Assembly: GCA_950097015.1 (NCBI GenBank)
Contig: CATNEN010000038.1
Coordinates: forward strand, 21,700,001-21,764,000
Direction: 5' to 3'
DNA: 64,000 nucleotides
Source: Macrostomum hystrix
Lineage: Eukaryota > Animalia > Platyhelminthes
Positions 27,803 through 40,270 of the stretch are shown piece after piece (position 1 is the stretch's first letter; the number at the start of each line of letters is the position of its first letter). The notes under the pieces were generated by a model, which was given only the letters and a program-made list of their open reading frames with translations, ran no database searches and was not told where the DNA came from. The position numbers were made by a program, and so were the translations under genes.

Positions 27803-30800
27803 TACAGACAGACAGACAGACAGACAGACAGTCAGTCAGTCAGACAGACAGACAGACAGACAGTCAGACAGACAGACAGGCAGTCAGTCAGTCAGACAGA
27901 CAGACAGACATTTAAAATTCCAGAGCTATATATTTGACAGTATAAAATCTTGTCAGAAGCAGAAAAATGAGGATTTTGCTTTAGGAAAAGCAAGTTAAAA
28001 GCATGTCGTATTTCAGGTGGCAAATAGGCTTTTTTCTAGTTAGCTGAAAACTAATTTCCTTGATGGAATTTTAATTATTTACGGCATTAAATTCATAAAC
28101 TGCTAATTAAATAATACGGGAATTCTGCGCAATTTGATTGATTTCTACACTAATTAGATTGACGGGGGAGAAAATACTAGACAGGTCATCAACAGGGAGA
28201 CGCCAATGTGTTAATACATTCTAATTAGTAATATCGTGAATTAGCAGAAACCCCATATAGACTGAAAAAAGACAATTTAGATGAAAAAAGCGTGTACTCG
28301 CAGACCTTAATAGGAATATAAAATGTTACAAAGGGATTGTAGCTTTGTGGTTACAGCGTCGGACTCTCGACTTAAAGGTCGGGGGTTCGATTCCCGGCAC
28401 TTATAGTAAGACACTTAAAACTCGGCATTGCTTCGAGTTCACCCAGCTGTTAAATAGGTAGCTGCATCAGGCTGGGGTAAATGGAGGTGGGTGTGGCGTC
28501 CCAATAGTCCATTAAGTCCAATCGGCTAAATTAAGGCAGTTGTAAATAAAGTTATTAATATTATTATTATTCTCACCAATGCCAATTGGGAAGCAGACTC
28601 AAATAGGCCGCCATTGATGAGCACCCTCAAGGCACCACCAGAATCAACAAATTGTCCATTAGCAAAGCAGAATTGAAGCAATAATTGTTGGCGACTGTTT
28701 TTGCCGCGTTTATCGCGACCAATTTGAACGGCGTCGAGTTCAGCAGCATCCTGGGCTGCCAGCGTCAGGGCCAGCAGGGCGGCGGTGCGGCACGCGCCGT
28801 GATTGGCCGGCGGCTCCATACGATTTAGAGCGACTGCGGCGCCGGTCAAGAAGTCCACCAGGCGACTGAACAGGTGACCGCGAGAGGCAGCGTCGTTGTC
28901 TACCGCTCCGGCGCAGCTGTTTTTGGTACAGAAAGTGTGAGAAAATACAGTTGATAGATAGACAGATATCACACTTTGCCCTAACCACTAGTATTGTATT
29001 CTTTGTTTAAGGACACAAATTAATATCCCGTTTAAGCTGAGATTTAAACGCTTTTCTGTACTGTATGTACTGCACAATAAGACGTTATCAGAAAGTTCAG
29101 CCAGCATGGACAGACAGACAGTACAGACAGATAGTTCAGAGACACAGATAATAAAGACAGACAGAACGACATATAATACAGTACGTACAGACAAGAAAAG
29201 ACACGACAGCAAACCCAGACTGACTGGCAGATAGAAAGACAAGAGCAACGGCAACTCACCCTACGTCGGCGCCGTTGTCCCATTCGCACGCGATGACGTG
29301 AGCCAGTTTCTTGCCGGAACCGGAGCAGAATCTCTCGGCGCAGTCGTCGGCAGCTGCTAATCGTTGATTGGCCAACAGATGCCGGCTTGCCAATTCGAAT
29401 AGGCTTTGAACATCGAGTTTTAAGCCGATGCCGAGGCGTTCGGCGGCTGCGGCGCCTCTCGTGGCAGCGGCCCGCAGGAAAGCGGCTTCGGCAGTTTGGC
29501 GACAGTGCAAAGCCAGGCAGCCGGCAGTGTGAAGCACCAGCACGGTTGGCAGCAGATCAGTTTGCTTTGACAAGGACGACAATCTACTATCTTCATTGTC
29601 GCCTCCTTGAAGACCATCGCGATAACGAAGGCCGCGCCAAACTTGTCTATGCGACGTCGACGAAGAATACAAAGAATGTTGACGCGGCGTCAGAAGGCAG
29701 AGGCCCAGTAGGCGACCTACTTGCAAGCCGGTGTCAAGCGTTAATAAAATTGAGGCGGCGAATTGCGGACCGACCTTAGCAGAAGAAAATAAAAAAGGCG
29801 CGATGAAAAATATGATATTTAATGCCTTCGGGTTGTAGCAGTGAGTCTGAGCGAAGAGAATACTAGGGGTGGTTGACTTTGTTGGCGGACATAAGAAACA
29901 TGGCGTGGGGTGGCTGCTAAGAGGGTCCGGGGAAGAGAATTTTAGGGGTGGTTGACTTCGTTGGCGGACATAAGAAACATGGCGTGGGGTGGCTGCTAAG
30001 AGGGTCCGGGGAAGAGAATTTTAGGGGTGGTTGACTTCGTTGGCGGACATAAGAAACATGGCGTGGGGTGGCTGTTAAGAGGGTCCGGGGAAGAGAATTT
30101 AAGGGGTCGTTGACTTCGTTTGCGGACATAAGAAATATGGCGTGGGGTGGCTGTTAAGAGGGTCCGGGGAAGAAAATTTAAGGGGTCGTTGACTTCGTTT
30201 GCTGACATAAGAAATATGGCGTGGAGTGGCTGCTAAGAGGGTCCGGGTAAGAGAATATTAGGGGTGGTTAGCATGAATGGGCGGCAATAAAAATAATGAA
30301 TTGGCGTGGATGCTTGGAGTCTAGGGACGTCTAGGGGGTCCAGGAGTCTAGGGGCTGGATGTCTCTTGATACACCGAAAGATGGGTATCGGCGTGAGCTG
30401 GCTGTTTGGAGGATTAAGAAAATAAAAAAACTGGTTTCCGAGAAAAACAAATTCCAAGACCATCACGTGACCCCACCTGTTCCCAACTGGCCTTCCCAGA
30501 CAGGCTGCACAGGTGTCGGCACTGCACGGTAAGCGCCAGTTTTCCATTGTCGCTACGGTGTAGGCAGTAAATTAAAGCGACGTCTAATTCAAACTGCAGT
30601 GTTCGACACGGAATCACATAGGTGTACAGAGCGTTACTAAAATCGTTTGGTAAATATAACAGCAAACGATCCTGCTCTAGATTGGTATTGTGAGTGTGGC
30701 AATAAATAAATTTGACAGCGGCGGGCGTGGCCGACTGTCGGCTAGGCGCGCAGGCGGTCACGAAGCCGAGCTGGTAGCGCTGACAGCGCAGACGATCGGC

Positions 30801-33800
30801 CGCCGGATCCGAGCGAAATTCCAACGGCTCGCCGACGCCAGACGACGACGCTGAAGTGGACGAAGATGAAGCGGCGTGCTTACCGCCCAGGTGAAGATGA
30901 TGAGATTTATGAGAGGATTTCGAATGATTCGATTTTCCAGATTTGGACGAGGATTCTATAGCGCCGGTTGCTGAGAGAGTGGAAGGCGGAAGGGCGGCCT
31001 GCACTTTGTATTGATCACCGCTGCGGCTTGTAACCTGAAATCAAATTATCTTCCAATCATTTGCTAGATTAAAAAACTAATTACAGACAGTCCAAACTGG
31101 ATTAAGAATATTTACCAATAGAGTTGGACTACCGTCCACAATTGCTGGGTCATTGTAAACTGCCAGATTAGCTATAGACTGACAGACATATTGGCTAGAG
31201 TAGAATTGACCAGATTTTAAACTGTAGTAATGCAGATGGCCAGTCTGTGGTGATAAAATCATGTAAAATTGTGACTGCAGCGTTTACTATAATTGGCTCG
31301 GGGGAGAGATCTAGAAAGGAAATGGAGTGAGGTGGGTGTCTCCGGGTTTAATGGACGAGAGTAATCCAAGGGGCGGTTATTTGCATTGAAGACAAGTGGA
31401 GTGAGGTGGGTGTCGGGTTGGTTAAGGGACGAGAAAAATTCGGGGCGGTGGTTGGCTAGAAGACGAGTGGAGTGAGGTGGGTGTCGGATTGGTTGAGGGA
31501 CGAGAAAAATTCGGGGCGGTGGTTGGCTAGAAGACGAGTGGAGTGAGGTGGGTGTCGGATTGGTTGAGGGACGAGAATAATTATGGGCGGTAGTTGGCTA
31601 TATAACGATCAAGGCAACTAACCGAAGTGGCGATAACGATAAATCGCCGCTGGCCTGAGGCAGCACTGCTAAACACGAAACAAACTGCGGAATCTGACGA
31701 ATGACCAGACTGATGTGGTGGTCGAATTTCGATAATGGGGTTCTGGGCAGCCCCAGAAGAGAGTGTTTGCTGAAGTCGACTTGGCCATGGTTTGGAGTCA
31801 GATTTCTGGAGAGTAAAAAGCAGAAGATGAGAGACAATAATCTAAAGTTTAATAGCATATTTATTTTTACACATTTAAAATACCCACATTTTCCCGCTCT
31901 TTGGCTGGCTTTTAAATATTGATTCAGATAGTCGAATTTCACGAAAAATGATTCGGACACTTATTTTGCAATTTTGAACATTTAATAATCAAAAAATTAC
32001 CAAATAAGCGGCTAATGGCACTAGCAATAGGCTGTTGCTTTTTAACACGCCAATAATTGAGCCGCAAGGTGATACACAGACATCTCTGATATGTGCTCTA
32101 GCAGTCTCTTCAGCACCATGATGTTGCTGCGACGATGTTGGTAAAGAAATCTTTGTAGGCACGCCGGTTGAACCGTTAATCCGGATTAGCAGCAGATAAT
32201 CTGAGGATTTAGCGACGTTTTGTTTAGGGATAATTATATTAGAAAAGAAATCAGGGTACCATGTGACTGTAATGATCATAAGTTGTTTTGCGACATGTCA
32301 AAACATCAGATTTGAAGTCCAGTAAATCCAAATAATCTAGCTTGAAACATTGTTTTTCATCTTCAATCATACTTTGTTATTGTGACTGTTTTGAACGGAG
32401 ACAGGTGAAAATGAAAATCCATAAGTGTGAACAGCTGAAGGACCTGAGAATCTGGTGGGTTGAACAGATATTGAACAGACAACAGGTAGAACTATTTATT
32501 ACTTTGCGATTAAAGAAGCCGACATTATAGTATACATGGCAAGTGTGAAATCAGACTAATTTTCTTAAGGGTTTTACATTGTTTTCATAACGTTACTGAC
32601 CTTTTTGCTAGTTTTCATGACGTCATTAATTCTATTTTTGTATTTGAAACCACAAGAATTCACAATAGCTCGCGTGAGTAACAATCCATTTTTGCTGATT
32701 TATTAGACACCAGCTAAGGAAAGAAGTGAGCCAAAGGCACGTTCCTCAAACAAATATGGTATTTTTAGCAGTATGATTGTACTGATAGAATTTCGATACA
32801 TATCAGGAATCGAAGGCAAACATACCAATAACTATTAACTAGTTAAATATTTCAACACATATCGGCACAAAAATATCAGCATACTAGCAATTCGAGGTAT
32901 TTCGATACATATCGGCAATTAAATATTAACACCCTAACTACGAGTTTTGAGAATTTCGCTACATATAGGCTAACCTAGCTATCAATGCTCACCCTTCGCA
33001 GCTGAGCTGCCACCGGTGTCATCCTGCGGCGAGCAGACACCATAGAGCAGATCGTCACTCTGAATTGGTTCAATCGGATCGGCACCAGCGTCGGTACCTT
33101 CAACTCTGCCTGCGTGGACAGCATCAGCTGAAGACAGTGGAGCCGAGGACCTGCGCCATAGACGCAGGTGACTCAGATGAGCATCGCGCAGCTTCAATAG
33201 GCAAGACAGGCTACTGCTGTACAAGCAACGCCAGGCGTCGCCAGCCTGCGCTTGAACTGAGCCTGCGCCCGATTCAGTCTGACAAGTGAATGTACGAATA
33301 TGAATTTTAATAATTTGAATTCCCGCCATTAATTCGTAATTAATTAATTTAATACATTTGTATCTGACGTAAACTTCGACTAGAGCTGTTAAAGTCGAAC
33401 AGTGCCTAGATGTTTATGATTAATAACAGTTTATGCAAAGCTACTTCAAGTAGTTTAATGTTTTTTAATCGTACTCGCACATAGCAATATCCTGCCTATG
33501 CTACTGACTAAGACTAAGTAGTCAAAAACAAAAATACAGCAAAATTAGAAAAATTAAAACGACATAAGCAAAATTTTGTATGAATTTAGCTTTCGACATA
33601 TATATTTTTACGCAATAGTCATTTTTTTCTAGAACAGAACGGAGAAAACTAGCAACTTCACATGGTACAGAGTTGAGAATAAATTCGTCATCACAACACA
33701 TATAAAGCAGTGCCAAGCGGTTTAGCATCGTAAGAAAAAACAAGGGAAAATATATTAATTTTTCACAGTAATCTAAATTTTGCTAGTTCAATATTATGAA

Positions 33801-34120
33801 ATAAAAGCTTAGAAAATGATTTTTTTCGTAAATCAACAAAAAATAAAAGATAAACTAAAAAATCAACACGTTATCCTACCTACAACAGTAGTATGTTTGC
33901 ACGTTAAATTGTACAATATACAGTAACTAATATGCGCAGCATCAAAGAAATATAACTGGCAAATTAAACTTCTAGATTGGAAGGTCTATTTTTCTATATT
34001 AGAAAACATTTTGTGGACACAAGTAATATGGAAATAGAATTAATGATAAATAAAAAACTAGTTACTACTGAATCTCACTACTTTGCAAGCAACCGGGATA
34101 TTTAATTCAATAATCAACAT
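9013..34120 (-). CDS. Large RCC1-repeat protein resembling claret/GLO-4 (putative Rab GEF), ~1600 aa, 13 exons
   Basis: Phase-consistent exons: 34120-34079 (tentative first exon), 33278-32993, 32266-32001, 31805-31623, 31244-31116, 31034-30477, 29774-29260, 28916-28577, 16623-16267, 15464-14789, 13054-12630, 10629-9950, 9463-9013. RCC1 motifs: VSAGLRHALVLLNDGRLLSAGSNAYGQLG, VYTWGWNALGQLG, VACGRDHTLFL. C-terminus has FACCGRQY...CPAC. The family call rests on remembered architecture, not a search. Confidence 0.7.
9635..9897 (-). mobile_element. tRNA-derived CORE-type SINE (family A)
   Basis: Reverse strand has an A-box, the B-box GGTTCGATTCC and a CORE-like segment (CTTTAGCAAGGTACTGAAC...TTCAGT...CTGTTTAATGGG). 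Homologous to copies at 28.3, 37.7, 45.3 and 61.0 kb. Confidence 0.85.
10692..10975. repeat. Degenerate 10-bp repeat (CTGGTGTGGT)n, intronic
   Basis: Visible tandem units. Confidence 0.85.
11760..12622. repeat. 30-bp minisatellite (GGACAATGGCATCTCAAATTTGGGGATCAA), intronic
   Basis: Tandem units that degenerate towards lower coordinates; abuts the donor at 12629. Confidence 0.93.
13222..14690. repeat. 23-bp minisatellite (TCTTCCGTAATCCCATCCTTGCC), intronic, with an internal 421-bp duplication
   Basis: Tandem units; the diverged block at ~14060-14160 recurs at ~14480-14580. Confidence 0.95.
15487..16170. repeat. 24-bp minisatellite (GACTGAAGCATCAGGGTGTCTCAT), intronic
   Basis: Tandem units beginning ~20 bp from the acceptor at 15465. 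Confidence 0.95.
16640..27640. repeat. 22-bp minisatellite (GATGAGGATCTGGGAGAGACAA) interrupted by four identical ~720-bp unique segments (higher-order ~2-kb tandem repeat)
   Basis: Unique segments start at ~17469, 19622, 21621 and 23774, giving periods of 2153, 1999 and 2153 bp. All lie inside intron 16624-28576. Confidence 0.97.
27640..27910. repeat. (CAGA)n microsatellite
   Basis: Directly follows the 22-bp array. Confidence 0.97.
28333..28520 (+). mobile_element. SINE family A, partial copy
   Basis: GTGGTTACAGCGTCGGACTC...GGGGTTCGATTCCC head followed by the CORE-like segment. Confidence 0.8.
29850..30270. repeat. 79-bp tandem repeat, about 5 copies, intronic
   Basis: GACATAAGAAACATGGCGTGGGGTGGCTG recurs every 79 bp. 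Confidence 0.93.
31320..31600. repeat. ~70-bp tandem repeat, about 4 copies, intronic
   Basis: GTGGAGTGAGGTGGGTGTC recurs at ~70-bp spacing. Confidence 0.88.
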
Positions 34121-34324
34121 GCTCGAAAGCAATTCGGAACAATAGGCTTAAGGCCGTGCTGTGTAAGACTTGTAACTTGAGTTCTACTCGGTGCAAATCT
34201 GCAGTTCTCTGACAAACTGTGAGACTAAAATCAACTTCAGTTTGGACAGGCCAAGAGAAAAAAAATACCTGGAAGTGACAAGTTAGCGGTCGATAGTTTC
34301 TAGATCAGCTTCAGGAAAACAATG

Positions 34325-34475
34325 TCTCCGAGGGAAAAGCACTTTATTTAATCATTGCCTCCATTTGTATAGCTGTAAAATGGGTACCAAGTATTAGCTG
34401 GCTGGAATTTTTTGTGGCATAGCATTCCCCCCAGTCCATGGACTGCGTAGTCGCTGCGACTGTGCCACTAGATCT
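34325..34475 (+). mobile_element. SINE family A, 5'-truncated fragment
   Basis: AGCTGTAAAATGGGTACC...TTAGCTGG...CCCCCAGTCCATGGACT, shared with the full copies. Confidence 0.6.
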
Positions 34476-34674
34476 AAATCTGACCTAACTAGATAATGAG
34501 TAAGATTTCATTCGTATCTGCATAAAAATGTGTCAAAACAACAATTTAAATAAATTAGATATTAGAAATTAAATTTTTTTGAATGTACTCGTACATTTCT
34601 TGTTTCTATTAAGAAGTTGTCAACGAGCCAAAGCAATTACTTTAGAAGTACAATCCAATGAGATTAGCCAATGC

Positions 34675-35658
34675 CTAGCTGGAGTTGAGCAGTTGATTAG
34701 CTGCCAGCTGAGAAGTGAGAGTAGCATCCAGCTGTTTAAGTCCGGGCAGGATGAGCAGAACTTTGCGCCTATAGGCCGGATCTGGGGCCTTCTCGGCGGT
34801 GTAGAAAATCGGATTGTGCTCAAATAGCGCCGTGCTCAACTTAGGCAGTTTAGTTAGCTTCTCAAGTTCGGAAAAATTATTTATTCGATTATTATCTAAC
34901 CAGAGTTCTTCTAGCGACACTAGACAGGTGAGATTGTCCAGACTGGAAATGCGATTCTGAGCCAGATCAAGAATACGAAGGCCACTGAGGCTATCGAGAT
35001 TTTCAATGCGTTGAATACCATTCTCGGACAGGTAGAGCTCTTCAAGCTGGGTTAGGTGGCCCAGATTCTCTATACAGGTGAGCCGATTAGCGGCTAGAGC
35101 CAATATTCTCAGCTGGGTTAGCGACTCGAGGCCTTCAATTTTGGCGATCTTATTAGAGCCAAGGTATAATTCTCGCAGATTAGTTAGAGCAGACAGGCCT
35201 TCAATGGTTCGAATCCGATTAGCTCCAAGTTCCAATATCTCTAAATGGATTAGCGTGTCAAGGTGTTCAATCTTGCCTAAACGATTCTGAACCAGGTAAA
35301 GCTTGCGCAAACGGACCAGCCTATCTAGGCTTTCAATTTTTGTTAGTCGATTGAAGGACACATCGAGGTGCTCTAACTTAGTCAGCTGATCCAAATTCTC
35401 CAGCCGTTCAATCTGATTGTCGTACAAGTCTAGTTCGGTTAGAGTGCCGGAAACACAGTCCAGGTTCTCAATTACCTTGATGAGGTTGTTGCGCATGCAC
35501 AGAGCACGAATTCGGGTCAGAGTCTCAAAACCGGCTAGACGACCAATGCGAGAGTGCTCAAAGTCTAGCGACTCGGCCTCTGGGTCGGTGATCTCTGGCA
35601 CAAGAGGCTCAGTAGGCTGCTGCTGCTGCTGCTGATTATGATTATCTCCGTTAGACAT
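34675..35658 (-). CDS. PPP1R7: Protein phosphatase 1 regulatory subunit 7 (SDS22), single exon
   Basis: SDS22-type LRRs (LTELDLYDNQIERLENL, LEILELGANRIRTIEGL, LEELYLSENGIQRIENL) and the C-cap DPAYRRKVLLILPGLKQLDAT. Confidence 0.93.
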   Translation of the reverse strand: MSNGDNHNQQQQQQPTEPLVPEITDPEAESLDFEHSRIGRLAGFETLTRIRALCMRNNLIKVIENLDCVSGTLTELDLYDNQIERLENLDQLTKLEHLDVSFNRLTKIESLDRLVRLRKLYLVQNRLGKIEHLDTLIHLEILELGANRIRTIEGLSALTNLRELYLGSNKIAKIEGLESLTQLRILALAANRLTCIENLGHLTQLEELYLSENGIQRIENLDSLSGLRILDLAQNRISSLDNLTCLVSLEELWLDNNRINNFSELEKLTKLPKLSTALFEHNPIFYTAEKAPDPAYRRKVLLILPGLKQLDATLTSQLAANQLLNSS

Positions 35659-36074
35659 GATAGCTGTCTATACTGGCTCTTTTATATTACTGAAAGTAGA
35701 GTGGGCAAATATTGTCAGATTTTTTAGAATAAAATAAAAACACTATAATGCTTATAATACATGCTGAAATAATAGCAAAGCATAAATAATCATTACTAGA
35801 TTCAACTGATCAGTTGTAATAATAATACCGGAAACGTTTATTAATTTGTTTATTTATCGTTAAGTAAAACAATTTAAACATTAAATACACATGAATTTCA
35901 GTTTTTTACTAGAACATTACCGAATGACTAATTAGAATAGGCTCTATGCATATACCAACTTAGTTTAAGCTGCTATTTAACTGACAATTCGTCACTTATT
36001 TTTTGGCTAACTGCATTGAACAGATATGGCTTAGGTCAACTATGGACAGTCTGAGGACAATTGCTTTAATAGGC

Positions 36075-37492
36075 TCAATCTTCAGACGAAGAACTGCTAG
36101 ATGAATCGCTGCTCATATTTTCCACCATAGGTTCAGACATTGTTGTCGGCGTAGCACCGGCTGAAGTCATCTGTTGAAGCTGCTGCTGCTGCTGCTGCAT
36201 GGCAGTGTAACCATGGTAACCTGCACTTGTAGTTGTTTGTGGACTGCCTATGCCGCTGTTTCCGCCGGGACCTGGAGTTGAAGAGGACGAAGATGCCGCT
36301 TGGGCCTGATGCTGCTGCTGCTGTTGTCGGTTAGCTGCGGCCGCGGAAGCGGCCAAATGTGACACTTCATCAAAAATCTCCGGTCGAAAATTTCCTAGCT
36401 CGTCAATGTGACGAAGGAGGCCGCGGTCCATCTCGTTGGCAGTCGGATAGGGCCGCCTGGGGTCGCCGAGGCCCCAGCCTAGGGGCGCCATGACGCCATT
36501 GCTGGCGCTGATTTTGTGAGCGAATTTTACAAGCTCCTCGGAGTCAGCCGGATTCTGACAGGCCGTCTGCAGCGACTCCAGCTTGCGGCGGGAATAGAAG
36601 ATGGCCAACTGGAAGGCGATGCGAGATGAGGCAGGGGTTGGTGGATGAAATGTACATTGTTGGGATAGGGGTAGGGGAGTGAATGTACATTGTTGGGATA
36701 GGGGTAGGGGAGTGAATGTACATTGTTGAGATAGGTAGGGGAGTGAATGTACATTGTTGGGATAGGGGTAGGGGAGTGAATGTACATTGTTGGGATAGGG
36801 GTAGGGGAGTGAATGTACATTGTTGAGATAGGTAGGGGAGTGAATGTACATTGTTGGGATAGGGGTAGGGGAGTGAATGTACATTGTTGGGATAGGGGTA
36901 GGGGAGTGAATGTACATTGTTGGGATAGGGGTAGGGGAGTTAATGTACATTATTGGGGAAGGGATTTGGGGAGTGAATGTACATTATTTTGGGGGATGGG
37001 TTAGGGTCGGAGTTGGACGAGTGAATGTCAATTGTTGGGGTAGCGATTAGGGTAGTGAGTATACATTATTATGTAGGGGTTTATGGTTAGTGGGGTGAAT
37101 GTACTTCATCTCCCCCTGAAAGACCTCCCGTAGCCCTCCCTCACCGTCAGCAGCCGGTCGGCCTCCATTAGCCGGCGCTGGTGCTGGCCAATGGTCTGGT
37201 CCTGCTGGTCAATAAGAGCTCGCAGTTGAGCCATTCTGTCGTGCAGCTGCTGCTGTTTGGCTGCCTGGTCGCGCAGTCGGTGCAGCTTAGCCTCTCGCTG
37301 CCTGAGCTGCTCCACTAGGGCTTCGCAGTTTAGCTCTAGCGGCTGCTGCTGCTGCTGACTGGAAGCAACACTAGACGACTGCTGATCTCTAGTTGCCAAA
37401 GCTTCGAATAGGGCTTTAGACAGAAGCTCAATGTCCTCAAGAACGGACAGCATTTTCACTTTGGTGGATGTGGATATACCAACGGACGACAT
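36075..37492 (-). CDS. MED4: Mediator subunit 4, 2 exons
   Basis: Exons 37492-37145 and 36608-36075 (phase 0). Motifs SEELVKFAHKISASNGVMAPLGWGLGDPRRPYPT and a C-terminal MSSDSSSSSSSED are characteristic of MED4. Confidence 0.93.
36650..37105. repeat. 33-bp G-run minisatellite in the MED4 intron
   Basis: GAATGTACATTGTTGGGATAGGGGTAGGGGAGT units. Confidence 0.93.
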
Positions 37493-37654
37493 GTCTTTTT
37501 GAACTGCAATTTAAATGTTGGCTTTTAATGACACGTGTAGGTCTTTAATATGGTAATTTCCCATCTTTTCAGCTTATTAATAACATATCTGCTTAGTTTT
37601 TCTGGTAGACAGCGAACAAACTAAAACCCAGTTCATGATTAAAATAATAATTAA

Positions 37655-37930
37655 CTACACCTGCCCCGATTGGACCAAATGAGCAAGCTAACAGCACAGC
37701 CACAGCTATTGCGCGGCGCATGTGAAGGCTGCGTACGGCTGTTCAGTCCATGGACTGGGGGGGACGCCACACCCACCCTCAATTACCCCAGCTAATGCTG
37801 GCACCCATTTAACACCTGGGTGAACTGAAGCCATGCAGAGTTAAGTGTCTTGCTAAAAGACACAAATTTTTCCAGTGGAATCGGGAATCGAACCTCCGAC
37901 CTTCAAGTCGGATGCTCTTACCACAAGGCT
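37655..37930 (-). mobile_element. SINE family A
   Basis: Reverse-complement match to the 45258-45570 copy (B-box, CORE-like segment, CCCCCAGTCCATGGACT, GGGCAGGTGTA tail). Confidence 0.85.
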
Positions 37931-37947
37931 CTTGTAGAGAGGTTGCA

Positions 37948-39770
37948 TAGTTCATAATCTAACCTATAATCCAGTTCATAATCTATCCTATAATCCAGTT
38001 CATAATCTAACCTATAATCCAGTTCATAATCTAACCTATAATCCAGTTCAAAATCTAACCTATAATCCAGTTTATAATCGAACCTATAATCCAGTTCATA
38101 ATCGAACCTATAATCCAGTTTATAATCGAACCTATAATCCAGTTCATTATCGAACCTATAATCCAGTTCATAATCTATCCTATAATCCAGTTCATAATCT
38201 ATCCTATAATCCAGTTCCTAATCTAACAAATAATCCAGTTCATAATCGAAACAATAATCCAGTTCATAATCTTATCCTATAATCCAGTTCATAATCTATC
38301 CTATAATCCAGTTCATAATCTAACATATAATCCAGTTCATAATCTAAACAATAATCCAGTTCATAATCGAACCTATAATCCAGTTAATAATCTAACATAT
38401 AATCCAGTTCATAATCTAACATATAATCCAGTTCATAATCTAACCAATAATCCAGTTCATAATCGAACCAATAATCCAGTTCATAATCGAATCTATAATC
38501 CAGTTCATAATCTATCCTATAATCCAGTTCATAATCTAACATATAATCCAGTTCATAATCTAACCAATAATCCAGTTCATAATCGAACCAATAATTCAGT
38601 TCATAATCTAACCTATAATCCAGTTCATAATCTAACATATAATCCAGTTCATAATCTAACCAATAATCCAGTTCATAATCGAACCAATAATCCAGTTCAT
38701 AATCGAATCTATAATCCAGTTCATAATCTATCCTATAATCCAGTTCATAATCTAACATATAATCCAGTTAATAATCTAACCAATAATTCAGTTCATAATC
38801 TAACCTATAATCCAGTTCATAATCGAATCTATAATCCAGTTCATAATCTATCCTATAATCCAGTTCATAATCTAACATATAATCCAGTTCATAATCTAAC
38901 CAATAATCCAGTTCATAATCTAACCTATAATCCAGTTCATAATCTATCCTATAATCCTGTTCATAATCTATCCTATAATCCAGTTCATAATCTATCCTAT
39001 AATCCAGTTCATAATCTAACATATAATCCAGTTCATAATCTAACCAATAATCCAGTTCATAATCTAACCAATAATCCAGTTCATAATCTAACCAATAATC
39101 CAGTTCATAATCTAACCAATAATCCAGTTCATAATCGAACCTATAATCCAGTTAATAATCTAACCTATAATCCAGTTCATAATCTAACCTATAATCCAGT
39201 TAATAATCTAACCTATAATCCAGTTCATAATCTATCCTATAATCCAGTTCATAATCTATCCTATAATCCAGTTCATAATCTAACATATAATCCAGTTCAT
39301 AATCTAACCAATAATCCAGTTCATAATCGAACTAATAATCCAGTTCATAATCGAATCTATAATCCAGTTCATAATCTATCCTATAATCCAGTTCATAATC
39401 TATCCTATAATCCACTTTATAATCTAACCTATAATCCAGTTCATAATCTATCCTGTAATCCAGTTCATAATCTATCCTATAATCGAGTTCATAATCTAAC
39501 ATATAATCCAGTTCATAATCTAACCAATAATCCAGTTCATAATCGAACCAATAATCCAGTTCATAATCGAACCAATAATCCAGTTCATAATCGAATCTAT
39601 AATCCAGTTCATAATCTATCCTATAATCCACTTTATAATCTATCCTATAATCCAGTTAACAATCTTACCTATAATCCCCGTTCATAATCTATCCTATAAT
39701 CCAGTTCTTCATCTGCCCTATAATCCACTTCATAATCTATCTTATAAACCAGTTATTAATCTAACCGATA
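37948..39770. repeat. 24-bp (2 x 12) minisatellite (ATAATCCAGTTC ATAATCTAACCT) between eIF3h and MED4
   Basis: Tandem units; source of the spurious DYELDY ORFs. Confidence 0.96.
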
Positions 39771-40270
39771 ATCCGAAGGAAAGAAAGCATAAAAGTACAC
39801 AGTTCCGGGACACATCAAGCGAAGCTAGTCTTGTCAAACATTTTGTTCCAACACTGTCTTTCAGTCTATTTTGAATCGCATTATTTTTCAAACCAATGCC
39901 AAAAAAACTGCGAAAAGTTTAATCACTGCAACGAACGACACACAATCTTAACCACAAATAAACAAGCTGTTAAAGCTATTATTTGAAAAGAACAATAATT
40001 AGAATGGAGTGGATCCAATCTATCGATCAATTAACTTAACAGAAATAAACTAAAATGTACTGTTTGTATGTAAATTTAACCCCACTCCAAGGGAGCTTGA
40101 CAGCATTTTACTGAAGGGTCAGAGGTTCGAATCCTTACTCAATTGAATAACTGGCTGCGTTTGACAAACGAACTATCGAATGAATCCTAACCTTTTCTAG
40201 CTTTTTTCCATTGTTAATGCCAAGTTCTACCGCGATTTAGAAGTCCCAATCATTCCAACTGTTAGACGAT

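Noticed and set aside
27640-27960. Helitron/DINE-like element suggested by (CAGA)n and a nearby TGACA..TGTCA hairpin
   Set aside because: No convincing termini or second copy; unequal exchange explains the upstream tandem structure more simply.
31598-31960. 120-aa tracked ORF as the coding frame
   Set aside because: Splice phases require a different frame for exon 31805-31623 (KSDSKPWP...IVIATS).
33522-33743. 73-aa ORF as an exon of the RCC1 gene
   Set aside because: No good splice sites in phase; AT-rich and intron-like.
38384-39631. DYELDY-repeat proteins
   Set aside because: Translation of the 24-bp minisatellite, broken by scattered stops and with no splice support.
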